From contig OX597820.1 in the NCBI GenBank assembly GCA_951406725.2, positions 128,402,001 to 128,466,000 on the forward strand: a DNA stretch of 64,000 nt. The letters are read 5' to 3'. Shown one piece after another: positions 23,901 through 35,960 of this stretch. Both the position numbers and the translations under genes were made by a program. Source of the stretch: Octopus vulgaris (Eukaryota). The notes beneath the pieces were generated by a model. It had not been told where the DNA came from. It saw only the letters and a list, made by a program, of their open reading frames with translations, and did not search any database. The number at the start of each line of letters is the position of its first letter. The first letter of the stretch is position 1.

Positions 23901-26900
23901 AAAGGAAGACTAACTAGGAAAATAGTTTTTGTCTGTGGCAGATGCTCAGGAGCAATAAACACTGGAAATGTGCAGAGACCAACTTCTACCACGTTCCAGG
24001 GAGAAAAACTAGAAGTAGTTGATAGCTTCCGCTACCTAGGTGACCAAGTCAGTAGCGGGGGTGGGTGTGCTGAAAGTGTAACTGCTAGAGTAAGAATAGC
24101 CTGGGCAAAGTTCAGAGAGCTCTTACCCCTGCTGGTGACAAAAGGCCTCTTGCTCAGAGTAAAAGGCAGACTATGATGCATGTGTACATACAGCCATGCT
24201 ACATGGTAGTGAAACATGGGCTGTGACTGCTGAGGATATGCGTAAGCTCACAAGAAATGAAGCCAGTATGCTCCGATGGATGTGAAATGTCAGTGTTCAT
24301 AATCGACAGAGTGTAGGTACCTTGAGAGAAAAGTTGAACCTAAGAAGCATCAGTTGTGGTGTGCAAGAGACGTTTGCGCTGGTATGGTCATGTGACGAGA
24401 ATGGCTGAAGATAGTTGTGTGCAAAAGTGCCATATCCTAGCAGTTGAGGGAACCTGTGGGAGAGGTAGACCCAGGAAAACCTGGGACGAGGTGGTGAAGC
24501 ACGACCTTCGAACTTTAGGTCTGACCAAGGAAATGACTAGAGACCGAGACCTATGGAAGTATGCTGTGCGTGAGAAGACCCGGCAAGATTAGTGAGACCA
24601 TAACCCATGGCCTCTACCTGGTATGTAGCCAGTCGACTTATACATACCTTTCCTCCTTGGGACACAAAACTCCACTTGTGAAGACCCGTTGAGGCAAGTG
24701 AAAATCAAAATCAAATCAGATATCAGAAAGCAGAACCAAAATCGAAGTCGATCAACATCAATAGAAATTGCGACTGTGATACTAGTGCCGGTGACAAGTA
24801 AGCGAACCATCCGATTGTGGCCGTTGCCAGCCCCGCCCCGACTGGCCTCCGTGCCGATGACACGTAAAAAGCACCATCCGTTCGTGGCCGTTTGCCAGCA
24901 TTGTCTGGCACGTAAAAAGCACCCACTACACTCGCGGAGTGGTTGGCGTTAGGAAGGGCATCCAGCCGTAGAAACACTTCCAGATCAGACTGGGCCTGAT
25001 GCAGCCTTCTAGCTTCAGACCCCAGTTGAACCGTCCAACCCATGCTAGCATGGAAAACGGACGCTAAATGATGATGATCCAGCATTCTGAACATCTTTTT
25101 CTTTCATATGTATTAAATCTGTACATCACCCCCAATACTTCTAAAATATGTATGAATATATATTTATTAATTTGTTATTACATGACAGAACGCCCGCATC
25201 CATTTCTAAGTAAGTTTGTTCTTAATATTACTACTGATGTGCACTCTTAACCCTTTCTTCTTTCTGGTTTCCTTTTCTTCTACCTTACTGCCTCTCCCTC
25301 CCTCTCTCATTCTTCATTCTTTCTGATTTTCTCTACAACCATTCCTCTTTCTTCTCTCCCCTTCCCTTTCTCCACCCCTGTCCCGTCGCTGGTCAGCGAT
25401 GAGGAAACTAGTCTTTTCTGACCTTGAGTGTAGACGGCATTTTCTGTTGCTCCTTTGCCGATCTCAAAAATAGCATTCGTAATACTTTATCTCATTTGGC
25501 TTAACAGCCCTTCTTGTCTTGTTATTCACCTTGTCCTGTCTTTTACTGTTTATATTTTGTACTGTCGTTACTGTCCTGTTTTTGTTACCATTTTTACCCC
25601 TCCGCAAAAAAATCTCAAATTTTATTTAATTTGCTTTTCGCGGGAAGGAATATTTCAGTCGAAGTTGCATCTCGCTTTCACCTTCAAAACGCAGAGTAGA
25701 TGAAACCATGGCGACTGAAGAAGGGGAATCTTCCTTGTGTTATTTGTCCTGTACTCTATTTTTTCGTTGTTTAAGAAAAATGTCCGTTTCCTTGGTTTTG
25801 TGTTTATGTTTTTGTTTTTCATTGTGTTTGACGTTTTTTTTTTTTTTTTGGTGTCCTGTACCCATATATGCATGTATATATACATGTAGAGGTAGGTACG
25901 TACATATATGTATGTATATATGCATGTTTTATTTATTTATTAATTTGTTATTACATGACAGAACGCACGCATCCATTTCTAAGTTTGTTCTTAATATCAT
26001 CATCATCGTTTAGCGTCCGTTTTCCATGCTAGCATGATATATATATATAAACACACCTGCTTTACGTGGTTAGATAACCTAGTGAGTTTGTTATTAACAG
26101 TTACTTCCAGTCATTTTATATTAGGTCTCCGAAATTTCATAACATTCCTTATTACTAGGGCTAATACAAAATTTGGATTTATTCGGTTTGACTGCCAGCA
26201 CCAATTCTGTTCAAGCTGATTTCATATTCAGTGTAATGATATATTTGTATGTCAATATAAAGATCCTCACCGGGCACATAAAAAAAATAAATAACTAGCC
26301 TGGGGTGTGTTAACAAGTGTGTGGAAAACGAATATGAAAAAAAAAAATGCGCGCTGATGATTCGGGGGGGGGGGGGCTTTAGGAAAATTCATAAGATCCA
26401 ATTTTCTCGTCATAAATTCGGGTAAAATGGATATATATTGATTTTTTTTTTTTTACGGAATCCCACGTTTTTGGTTATGGAAGAACCGATTCTGAAAAAA
26501 GAATTTTCAAAAATCGTATTTTCGAAATTTCATTATCGCAGTTTTTTGAAATTTGGCTGTTATTTCTAGCATGTGGATAGCCGGCTTGAAGGCCTGAGGG
26601 TATATATTTTTCTTGTTGAAAAATTGAAATTTTACAAACAAACGTTTTTCAGGATCGTAATCCCCACCCCAGGGCCGTCAGCGCGCATTTCTTTTTTCAT
26701 ATTCGTTTTCCGTGCACTTAACACCCCCAGGCTGGGTTTTTATAATGACCCACTTTTATAGGCTAATAAATGACATTGAAATCATTTCCGCTATATACAA
26801 ATCAATAAAGAGTTATGAGCAATTAGTTTGAAAATTTTGGGTAATTTAGCCATAGAATCATTCATGCGTTTCCACAGTAACAAGCAGAATAATGAGAACA

Positions 26901-27066
26901 TAAGAAAATAAATGGATATTCTAACCTGTAGAGCTTTAATTACATGGATATTACAAACATCAATTTCTGGATGCTTCACACCAGTGAAGTCTTTTCTGGC
27001 TACCATCACACCCTCCTTGAAGAGGTGTTCATAAATGGCAACGCGGTTCTTTTTGGGCATCAACAT
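17899..27066 (-). CDS. RPS10: 40S ribosomal protein S10 (eS10), spliced CDS join(27066-26926,23637-23460,20354-20295,19686-19628,17931-17899), 156 aa
   Basis: [26 protein letters not shown]...KALQ|[46 protein letters not shown]...PRPK|[20 protein letters not shown]|[20 protein letters not shown]|[10 protein letters not shown]; all introns GT-AG with consistent phases (0,1,1,0). Confidence 0.97.
18024..18419. mobile_element. About 190-bp-arm palindromic element with a hammerhead core in each arm, in the last RPS10 intron
   Basis: 18024-18212 is the reverse complement of 18225-18419 with a 12-nt loop; 12-bp direct repeat ACAATTTACATA at 18015-18026 and 18476-18487 (TSD-like); CTGATGAG-GTCAC..GTGAC-GAAA at 18259-18286. 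Confidence 0.88.
18692..18812 (-). ncRNA. Candidate intronic box H/ACA snoRNA (last RPS10 intron)
   Basis: Hairpin - H box ATATGA (18765-18760) - hairpin GACA..AGATT/AATCT..TGTC - ACA (18697-18695) + 3 nt; same strand as host. Confidence 0.55.
19143..19470 (-). mobile_element. SINE / RTE-LINE 3' tail ending in (GAT)n
   Basis: Shares GGTTGGCGTTAGGAAGGGCATCCAGC...CCAACCCATGCTAGCATGGAAAGCGGACGTTAA-(TGA)n with many copies (24900-25078, 30306, 51035-51348, 58293, 60786). Confidence 0.85.
19628..19686 (-). CDS. RPS10: RPS10 coding exon 4 ([20 protein letters not shown])
   Basis: ttttacag acceptor, gtaagt donor; DKK..AG.G motif. Confidence 0.93.
19876..20006 (-). ncRNA. SNORD94: Box C/D RNA, SNORD94 (U94)-like; predicted guide for U6 snRNA Cm62
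   Basis: Terminal stem TTGC/GCAA, box C ATGATGA (20000-19994), guide GCGCAGGGGTC, box D' CTGA (19979-19976), box D CTGA (19884-19881); guide pairs over 11 nt with U6 GGCCCCUGCGC and its +5 position faces C62. Confidence 0.88.
20295..20354 (-). CDS. RPS10: RPS10 coding exon 3 ([20 protein letters not shown])
   Basis: tttttag acceptor, gtaagt donor; DR.YRR motif; 60 nt, phase 1-1. Confidence 0.92.
21594..21722 (-). ncRNA. Candidate intronic box H/ACA snoRNA (RPS10 intron 20355-23459)
   Basis: Hairpin AGATTAA/TTAATCT with TCAC/GTGA top; H box ATAACA (21661-21656); hairpin GGCTGA/TCAGCC with CCAGCT/AGTTGG top; ACA (21599-21597) + 3 nt; about 130 nt. Confidence 0.6.
23460..23637 (-). CDS. RPS10: RPS10 coding exon 2 ([30 protein letters not shown]...PRPK)
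   Basis: Core S10 domain; ttctttgtttag acceptor, gtaagc donor. Confidence 0.97.
23724..23883. repeat. About 160-bp palindrome with a degenerate hammerhead core at its centre
   Basis: GGATGGTTGTAAAAATATATATTTATTTACATATCACA...ACTGTAGTTTC / GAAACTACAGT...TGTGATATGTAAATAAATATATATTTTTACAACCATCC; CTGATGA..GAAAGCCCTA in the right half. Confidence 0.85.
23886..25078 (+). mobile_element. RTE-clade LINE 3' fragment with 3'UTR and (GAT)n tail
   Basis: [38 protein letters not shown]; [22 protein letters not shown]; stops and frameshifts. Confidence 0.9.
26297..26733. mobile_element. MITE with about 55-bp terminal inverted repeats
   Basis: AGCCTGGGGTGTGTTAA..GGAAAACGAATATGAAAAAA..ATGCGCGCTGA versus TCAGCGCGCAT..TTCATATTCGTTTTCC..TTAACACCCCCAGGCT. 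Confidence 0.8.
26926..27066 (-). CDS. RPS10: RPS10 first coding exon ([26 protein letters not shown]...KALQ)
   Basis: Conserved eS10 N-terminus; acceptor ccttttacag with one UTR base before the ATG; donor gttag at 26925. Confidence 0.97.
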
Positions 27067-28200
27067 CCTGTAAAAGGAAGACGAAAAAAATGAATTAAGA
27101 ATCGAGTTGAAACAAAAAAAATTCTTTCCATGAAATGAAATGAAAAAGAAACATTCAACAACTTATATTTATATTAATAATTCAAACAACTTCTTAGTTT
27201 CTGGGAAATGTGGGAGAGATTGTGAAGAACCTAAAGGAAACCAGGGATTTTAATAGAACAACGATTTTTAACAGTAAAGTTGCTAATCAACCATTCAAAT
27301 AGAATCCGTTTGAATTATTAAAACATTACAAAGCTATTTGAAGAATTTAATATAACACTCAAAAGCACTTTTTCTTAATTTGGCGAAATTCCGATTAAAA
27401 GTGAGTGAAGTATTAAAATATCACAAGTTTACTTCAAATACCGAAAACGAAACCAAAGACGAGCAAACATAAGAAGTTGATAATTCTTTGTTAAGAGCCA
27501 AAAGAATCTCTCCAACTCAAACATTTCGTTTCGCTGTTTCAATCAGGTTTTTATTATTTTCTTCATTTCGATCGAGAATTGAAGGAAAATTCACAGCAAA
27601 AAAGTCGCTTTTAACGGTTAATATTTTAAGTTTCTCATTAATTGACTTTGAGCCTTAATTTCTCAGGAAACAGGAAAAATAGCAGAGTTAACTTTCAAAT
27701 TCGTCGAGTTTTTAATAATGTTGATAAAATGAATTTTAAAAAGAAATAATTACTTCTAATTGGTAGAATAACCGTTAACTTTTACCGTAATTAATTAAGA
27801 ATGATGCAATTAGTTCTATAATTAGAATGCGAAATAACTTTATTTAGAGAGAAGACACGTGTGGACAGATTTCTCCGAATAACAATTATTCTGAAGAGAT
27901 CAGTGATTTACAATCAATGCTGACTAATAAAACTGAACATCTGATGAAATATAAAAAGCAGTAAAATATAGAAAATATCTAAGACCCATTTTAGCAAAAA
28001 AAAAGAACACGGATTATATATAGTATAACATAATCGATGATAAACTATTGAATATAAATGCTAAATAAACATTCTAAATGAATCAAAAACTCATACAAAC
28101 GATAGAGAAAGAATTAAATTAAATATCTAAAGCATAATGAAAGCTCGATGAACATTTTTAAAAACATAATTAAATAGATAAAGGTGGAAAGCAAACTTAC

Positions 28201-28238
28201 TTGTGCTGTCAGTAAGAGATTACAAACCGGAAAGGAAG
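28201..28238 (-). promoter_or_regulatory. RPS10: RPS10 non-coding exon 1a with 5'TOP / TCT-type start
   Basis: CTTCCTTTCCGGTTTGTAATCTCTTACTGACAGCACAA|GTAAGT; splicing to exon 2 gives ...CACAAG-ATG. Confidence 0.85.
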
Positions 28239-28417
28239 TTTAACGGCCGCAGAGAATGTAAGGAAAGATAACTCAATACAAATTGGATTCATTAAAGAAC
28301 AAAATCGTTTTTTTGTTTTTTTTCTGAGCGAAACAGAAATAGAATAAAATTTCATTAATAAAATTTTGTCTTGGATGAGCATAAAGTACAAACAGATTCA
28401 TTTCAAGAGGAACTTAC

Positions 28418-28462
28418 CTAGTAATACACGTTAGAACCGCACAAACCGGAAGAAAAGGGAAG
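28418..28462 (-). promoter_or_regulatory. RPS10: Second, distal 5'TOP non-coding exon candidate (exon 1b)
   Basis: CTTCCCTTTTCTTCCGGTTTGTGCGGTTCTAACGTGTATTACTAG|GTAAGT. Confidence 0.6.
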
Positions 28463-29559
28463 TTAAGATCAGTAACTCTTAGACTTTATTGTTAAGGAGA
28501 GTTCTATTGCATTCCAGGTGTGACCATCTCGTCTTTTTGTATATTACATATAAGCAGTACTTGAGAAGAGTGGTCCCGGTGCGCGTACTCACGCATCCGC
28601 GCCAGCTAGTCATGACTAGTCGATCCTTACTTTGTGTTATTTTGTTTAAAAAGTTATTCACTTTGTGTAAAAAAATTATTTATTTTGTGTTTTATTTACT
28701 TTGCTAGGTAGTCGTTGCAGGATCGACTACTTACGATTAGCTAGCGCGGATACTCGACTGCGCGTACCGGGACCACTGCGTGAGTTTGTTTACATTTCTG
28801 AAGAAAAAAAGAAACCCTTTTCTCCCACCCCTAACCCTAACCCTAATCCCCCATATATATATAAAAAAACTTTACGGAGAGTGACGATCTTCTTCAAATG
28901 TAAACAAACGCACGTGGCAGTTATGATACTCGTACCGAAAGATGGCCACAGTACCCCTCACCCTTTAGCTTATCTTAGCGATGCGTTTCGAATTCCTAAT
29001 GTTCTCAATTAAATACATGTCTAATGATCAGTGCTGTCACTTCTTCAAATTTCTTGAAACTATTAGACTTATGTCTAATGAAAGTAGAAACAATTATACT
29101 TCCACTATTAGTAGTAATATTTTAGATTAGTAATTTTGGTCCCCAATCTCAGTGAAGGATATGATTTTTTAGTATTATTTGTTGGGGCGGAATTCTGCTT
29201 CAAGCACCCCATATAACTCGTAACCTTTTTTATTTTGGCGAATTTGTATTCTACACATGGGAATTCGTACAATTATGTAAAAAAAATATGTAAGATTTAA
29301 GGGTGACTTAGCTGTTGTTTTTAGCACATCATATGACCATCTGAGACCTTCCTCGTTTCTTTGTCACTGACATGTATCGATGGTTTTCAATATTTTTCAC
29401 GCCATAAACACATTTGATGGAATGATAATGCATCCAAAGGTAGTCCATTTCTATGATTTATGCAAAAACTTCGGATTGTCTATTTTAAACTCTGATTTTA
29501 AAGATTCGAAAAAGAGTGGAACTTTTAGTATTTATAGCGGGATTACTAACTCACTTTGA

Positions 29560-30240
29560 AAGGTTTGCGCTTTCAATCCAGGGACAGGAAATATGAACCA
29601 AATACCTGATGCATAAAAGGGACAGAGATGCAAAAAAAAAACATCAAAATGTGATAACTGATGCAGACTTTGTGGAGTTAACACCAAAGATATCACCCAC
29701 ATCATAAGCAGTTGTCCAGAAATGCTGTCGCTGTATTATCTACCGATGAGACACTATTGTAGCAAAGACACTCTATAATGAGATCCATCGGAAGGATAAT
29801 ACTGAAGCCAAACACATAAGAACCCACAGTATGGGAGAGGCAATATCCACTCATGATCTGAAAGAATACTAGTGGAATGTCCCAGTGAAATCCTCAATAA
29901 AATGTAAATATAATAAACCATAGTCATATGGGATGGAGAAGAGAAAATGTGTACGGTAGTGGAAATCAGCTACTCAGAGGATGTTAACATAAAGCTAAAA
30001 ATCAGTAAAAAAAACCCAAAAAACTACGCTGAATTATTGAGGAATTTGCAGTTACTATACCTGAATAACAAGTTCAAGTTTATACCTCTAATTATTGGGG
30101 CACTGGGATATGTAACAAACTGTCTAAGCGTCAATCTTGGGGAATTGGACTTCTCAAAACCAGAAAGAAAGCTGATTCAAAGACTACAAATCCAGACCAT
30201 TACTGCAACTAAAAATTCCTAATATTTTCTAGAAGTTTAC
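29560..30240 (+). mobile_element. Restriction-like-endonuclease non-LTR retrotransposon C-terminus (R4/Dong-like), degenerate
   Basis: CRLCG...DITHIISSCP zinc knuckle, then KP-IVIW..CTVVEIS...NYAEL...FIPLIIGALG RLE motifs. Confidence 0.75.
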
Positions 30241-31699
30241 CATTTACGTATATATGCGCATGTCTCGACATGCAGCTATATTGCATGAGAATGCATAAAA
30301 CATAATCATCATCGTTTAACGTCCGCTTTCCATGCTGGCATGGGTTGGACAGTTTGACAGAAACTGGCCTACACCAGATTTATCTGTTTTGACACGGTTT
30401 TTACTGCTAGATACCCTCCACCAAGCAGAATGGACTGAGTGCTTTTTACGTGGCACAGAAGTCAGTTTTGACATGGTTTTTACAGCTGGATACCCTTCCA
30501 AACGCCAACCACTTTACACTGTGGACTGGATGCTTTTTGCGTGGCACCAACACTGGCAGGGTCACCAAGTAACTTGCAAGACAAAGATCATTTGAGAGAA
30601 GAGAGGGCATTGGAAGAGGAAGACAAAGATCCTTTGAGAGGAGAGGGGGAATTGGAGGAGGTGATTTTGTGTCAGACGATGAAAGGTTCGAGTGTGACGG
30701 AGAGACAAAGAGGTAGAAGTAAGTGTCTTGTAGAAGAGGTACATGGTTACCCGGACAAAGAGGGATCAAGAATGAGGGCAAAAATAGGTATAAAGGGGAT
30801 ACATGGCGATCCAACCTGAGGGAAGAGAAAGAGAGAGTGGGAGATAGCAAGAGAAACATAGTGGCGAAATGCTAGGGTATACTCACAAGGAACGCAGATC
30901 AGAATATAAATGGGATGGTAGAGTAAATGGAGGGAGAGATAGATGGCGGCAAATGCTCAAGGTATGGAAGTCTTAATGTAAGTGGCAGGGTATTACCAAA
31001 GAAGCATAAGGGCCAAGAGTAGTATAGTGACTGGTGAAAATCTGGGTATATGGAGCGGGTGGGGGACTACGGGACAGCAATGATACAGTGGGCAGGGCCG
31101 TGAGAGATAAGCCTAGTGCATGTAAGGTGTGTGGAAAGTTTTATTGTTACGTGTGGGTGGAACACAGCGCTTCTAGAACTTAGTTCGGCTGACATGGGCG
31201 GGTCTTCTCAAGAACCTCATATCATCAGACATCTCAATCCATTGTCAACTACCTGAGATCGGTTCTCACCACTTCATCCCATGTCTTCCTGGGTTTCCAT
31301 CTTCCACGGGCACCGTCCACTTTCAGAGATCGGCACTTCTTTATAAAGATTAGCGGCAATTCGTCCGTCTTTACGTTCTGAGTTCAAATTCCACCGGGGT
31401 TGACTTTGCCTTTCATGTTTTCGGGGTCGATAAAATAAGTAGCAGTTGAGCAGTGGAGTCGATGTAATCGACTTACCCCTCCCCTGAAATTAGTGGCTTT
31501 GTGCCAAAATTTGAAACCAATGTTCACTGTGTCCATACTTAAGAAGGTTGAATACGATTCGAGGAATATTTCGCTGCTACTTCAAGTGACCCCGCAGTTT
31601 CCTCCACGCAGTTGTCTATATCCTTTATACATTCGGTTGGAACAACTTCCTATGATTACACTGATCTATAAGGTTTTTGGTGTTTAGGAAATAGATATC

Positions 31700-33747
31700 A
31701 TTCCTATACAAAATCGGTCTCCTGTATCCAAATATAACCTTTTTGACCTATCAGATCTAGTTTTTAAGTTATTGAACATCCCCATAGTAAGTACGCAGTG
31801 TTCGTTACCTTATTCTAATTCTAAGTTTATTTTTCCTTTTCCATACTTTTTAGATGTTGTGGTGAACTAAGCAATAGAAAATGAGCAAGATGTCCTCTTC
31901 AAGAAAGTGTTGCATCAATTCTCCAAATGTGTTTTATTATATTTGTGGAGAATACACATTACCTGAAAATCGAAAAAATATCACTGATTTTGTTGAAAGG
32001 GCGTATATGGCATATTTTGGGGTCAAGCTGGAAGACCCAGATAAATATTGGGCACCACATAGAGTCTGCAAACAATGTACAGAACATTTGCGACAATGGA
32101 CGAAAGGGACAAGGAAAAGTATGGGGTTTTATACAGCAATGATATGGCGGGAGCCCTATAATCACGTGGACGCCTGCTATTTTTGTAACCTAAATTTGAA
32201 GGGTATTAACCGGAAAAATCGACAAACATTTGTCTACCCTAATCTTGCCCCTGCTATTAGACCGGTCTTCAATGTCTTGTCTCAGATAACTTTTCCCTCA
32301 ACCAAAGAAGATTCATCACCTGAAGAAGACACTTGAGATCAAGACCTTTCAGTTCAGACTTTACCTCAGCTATTCTCCCAAGTAGGTTCGTGACTTCGAC
32401 CTCCCAAAATATTCTGCAGAACTGTTAGCTGCCCGACCGAAAGTGAAGAATTTTCTAGAGAATGGTGTCCGTATAAGCTGCTATCGGGACGGCATGAAGA
32501 GTTCCTTTCTTTCTTCGCAAAAGAGGAAGCGCTGGTTTACTGCAGAGATGTCAGTGGGGTTCTGAATAAACTTGACATTGAAGAATACAAACCAGAGGAA
32601 TGGCGTGTTTTCATAGACAGCTCTAAGCGTAGTTTAACATGTGTATTGTTACGGAACGGAAATGTATGTGGCTCTGTCCCACTCAGCTACTCAGCAACTC
32701 TAAAGGGAAAATATGAAGAAATTAAGTTGGTTTTAGAGAAGATACTGTATCATGGTCATAAATGGGTTGTCAGCGTTGATTTAAAGATCGTGAATTCTCT
32801 CATGGGACAGCAATCTTGTTATACCAAATACCCATGCTTTCTTTACATATTACGAAAGACTGGTCGCCTCGAACAAATATGGTTCCATATAGAGCTGCCA
32901 ATATATTGGAAGAACGTTTAGGTGAGCGAGATAAAATCATTTGCCCCCCCCTCCTCTTGCACATCAAACTCGGATTGATCAAGTAATTTGTCAAAGCTCT
33001 TGACAAAAATGGGGAGTGCTTCAAGTATATCTGCAGTGTATTTCCAGACTTGACGATTTAAAAACTTAAAGCAAGGATTTTTGATGGACCACATATCCGT
33101 AAACTCTTGAAGGGCACACATTTCGTGAAAACGATGAGCGAAAATGAAGCACCAGCTTGACTAGCCTTTGCAGAAATAGTGCAAACTGTTTTTGAGAAAC
33201 AGAAAATTGAAAACTATAAAGATCTTGTTACCAATTTGATATCAACTTTTCTTGATATTGGCGCGAATATGAGCATCAAAATGTATTATCTTTTTAGTCA
33301 TCTTGATCACTTTCCTGAAAATTTCGGAGATGTTAGCGATGAGCGAGGCAGACGATTCCATCAGGACATCGAGCAAATGGAAACTCAGTACCAAGGACGT
33401 TGGGAGGCTGGGATGATGGTGCTTAAAACGAGATACTCCTGTTGCTCAACATTCACGGTGCTCAAAGAAGCGTAAATTTCTTCCTTGGATTTTCCACCAA
33501 AAACCTTTGCCAGTGTGCATTTTCAATTTTCAATTTTTATTTGTAGTTTTGTTTTGTTTTGTATTATGCTGTCCTTATTGATTCATATTATATATCTCGT
33601 ATGAATAAAACACTTTTTCTATCAGGTCTAGTCAGAAAACTAGACCTGATAGAGAAAAACTGAAGTTATTTTTTAATTTAGCAGGGAAAATCATTCAGGA
33701 ATTCGTTCAATATTCCAGGCACCAGCCTTTTTTTTTTTTGCCTAGTG
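31700..33747 (+). mobile_element. Chapaev3-type (CMC) DNA transposon, degenerate
   Basis: CINSPNVF.YICG..AYMAYFG..DKYWAPH.VC..C..MIWREP.NH..CYFC; VDLKIV..LMGQQS.YTKYPCFL; LFSHLDHFPENFGDVSDERG.RFHQDI; right end TTTTTGCCTAGTG|TTA; subterminal inverted repeat 31745-31765 / 33636-33655. Confidence 0.85.
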
Positions 33748-33937
33748 TTATTCATTGCTAATATTTTGAAATTTGCCGATTTTAGCCCCCATCCGCTGTG
33801 ACTGCAACATAATGTTGTCATGAACTGGGAGTATGTTGAGTTGGGTTTAAATAATATAACGTTTAATTTTTAATTCCACTTGGCGGTTTTATGCAATCAT
33901 GAGTAGATGGGATAAGTTTGTCAGAACGAACCAAGTG

Positions 33938-35960
33938 GGCGGCGGCGAGCTGGCAGAAACGTTAGCACGCCAGGCGAAATGCGTAGCCGTATTTCGTCTG
34001 CCGTTACGTTCTGAGTTCAAATTTCGCCGAGGTCGACTTTGCCTTTCGGGGTCGATTAAATAAGTACCAGTTACGCACTGGGGTCGATATAATCGAATTA
34101 ATCCGTTTGTCTGTTCTTGTTTGTCCCCTCTGTGTTTAGCCCCTTGTGGGTAGTAAAGAAATAGGTATTTTGTCTGCCGCTACGTTCTGAGTTCAAATTC
34201 CGCCGAGGTCGATTTTGCCTTTCATTCTTTCGGGATCGATGAATTAAGAACTAGTTGCGTACTGGGGTCGATCTAATCGACTGGCCCCTCTCCCAAAATT
34301 TCGGGCCTTGTGCCTAGAGTAAAAAATAACGAACCAAGTGGAAACAAATACATAAATAAAATATTTCAAAAACCATTTTTTATATAGATACATATTTTTC
34401 CCGCATTTTCCTTTATGAAGATTTAGGTTGCCGTCAACGAATGAGTGATGTCATAATAAAATACAACGTTACAATTTAATAAATATAAAATTTTCTCTTC
34501 ACAAGTCACGGGCCATTATAAGTATCAAAAATGCCTAGTTTATAGCCGATTAACGGTAAATTCTATTTTTCTTTTCCCAGTTTATAAATGAGCTTTCATG
34601 TGCCTGTTTAGTTCGTTAGTTGTACCCAAAGACTAAACCAAAGTACACGTGAGTTTTATTACTGTGCAATAAGTTGCAAGATCAGTATCCATTGTATTAT
34701 ACATATGCCTTACATATTCACCTTCCATACAATATATGGCGAGGCGCAAAGTAAAGCAGGCAATCTTCTATTTATTGTATAATCTGAGAACTTCTGAGAC
34801 TTCAATCTTCAGACCTAGCTCAGAATTGCCGAGTGATTCACTTGTAAACTGGATTAATCTCACTTCAATCCTCAAATCCTCGACCATTTGATATATCTAG
34901 TTGTAAGTTTTTGCATTTTTTCTAGATATTTTGAACAATATTTTTGTAAAATGATGTACAGACCTTTACTTGTTGACATTATTGACTTTTTTCTATTGTT
35001 ATAAGTTTTTAACCTTAACGTTATCTCTCCCCCGCTTTATTGTTTGTGTATACCCAAGCGTACTTGTACAAAATGTTAACTTTTTTTTCTATGCCTGAGA
35101 CCTACGCAACAAGTAAAAAAAAAATGTTAGATTGGCAGAGCGTTGGACAAAATGCCTTGCGATGTTTCTTCCGGCTTTTTATGTTCTAAGTTCAAATACC
35201 TATTTCTTTACTACCCACAAGGGGGCTACACACAGAGAGGACAAACAAGGACAGACAAATGGATTAAGTCGATTATATTGACCCCAGTCCGTAGCTGGTA
35301 CTTATTTAATCGACCCTGAAAGGATGAAAGGCAAAGTCGACCTCGGCAGAATTTGAACTCAGAACGTAACGGCAGACGAAATACGGCTACGCATTTCGCT
35401 CGGCGTGCTAACGTTTCTGCCAGCCCACCGCCTTTCTAAGTTCAAATACCTATTTCTTTACTACCCACAAGGGGCTATACACAGAGAGGACAAACAAGGA
35501 CAGACAACGGATTAAGTCGATTATATCGACCCCAGTGCGTAACTGGTACTTAATTTATCGACCCTGAAAGGATGAAAGGCAAAGTCGACCTCGGCAGAAT
35601 TTGAACTCAGAACGTAACGGCAGACGAAATACGGCTACGCATTTCACCCGGCATTCTAACGGTTCTGCCAGCTCGTCGCCTTTCTAAGTTGAAATACCAC
35701 CGAAGTAAGCTTTACCTTTCAGTATCGAAAAATTAAGGAATCAGTTAAGTCCTGGGATCAACGTAATCGACTAACCCTTTTCCTCTAAAATTGCAGCCTT
35801 TGAGCGAAAATTTGAATACAAACAGACAGAAACCTTAGCACATCGGACAAAATGATTCGCGGCATTTCTTCTGAGTTCAAATTCTGCTGAAGTCAGCTTT
35901 ACCATTTATATTTGTAGTCGACTGTCTCCCCACCTAAAATGCAGGCCTTGTGTCAAAATT
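33938..35960. mobile_element. Cluster of tRNA-derived SINEs (plus copy 33938-34320; tandem minus copies about 35197-35433 and 35448-35682)
   Basis: GGCGGCGAGCTGGCAGAAACGTTAGCACGCC..GAGTTCAAATTCCGCC tRNA-like head + GGTCGACTTTGCCTTTCATCCTTTCGGGGTCGAT core; further copies near 16525, 31350, 43029 and 55978. Confidence 0.85.

Noticed and set aside
27845-27960. Hairpin followed by ACA in RPS10 intron 1
   Set aside because: No clear H box between hairpins and no pseudouridylation pocket
28828-28847. (CCCTAA)3 as a telomere or interstitial telomere
   Set aside because: Only three units, inside a repeat-like element
33938-34030. tRNA-like A/B boxes
   Set aside because: Head of a multi-copy SINE; no complete cloverleaf or terminator
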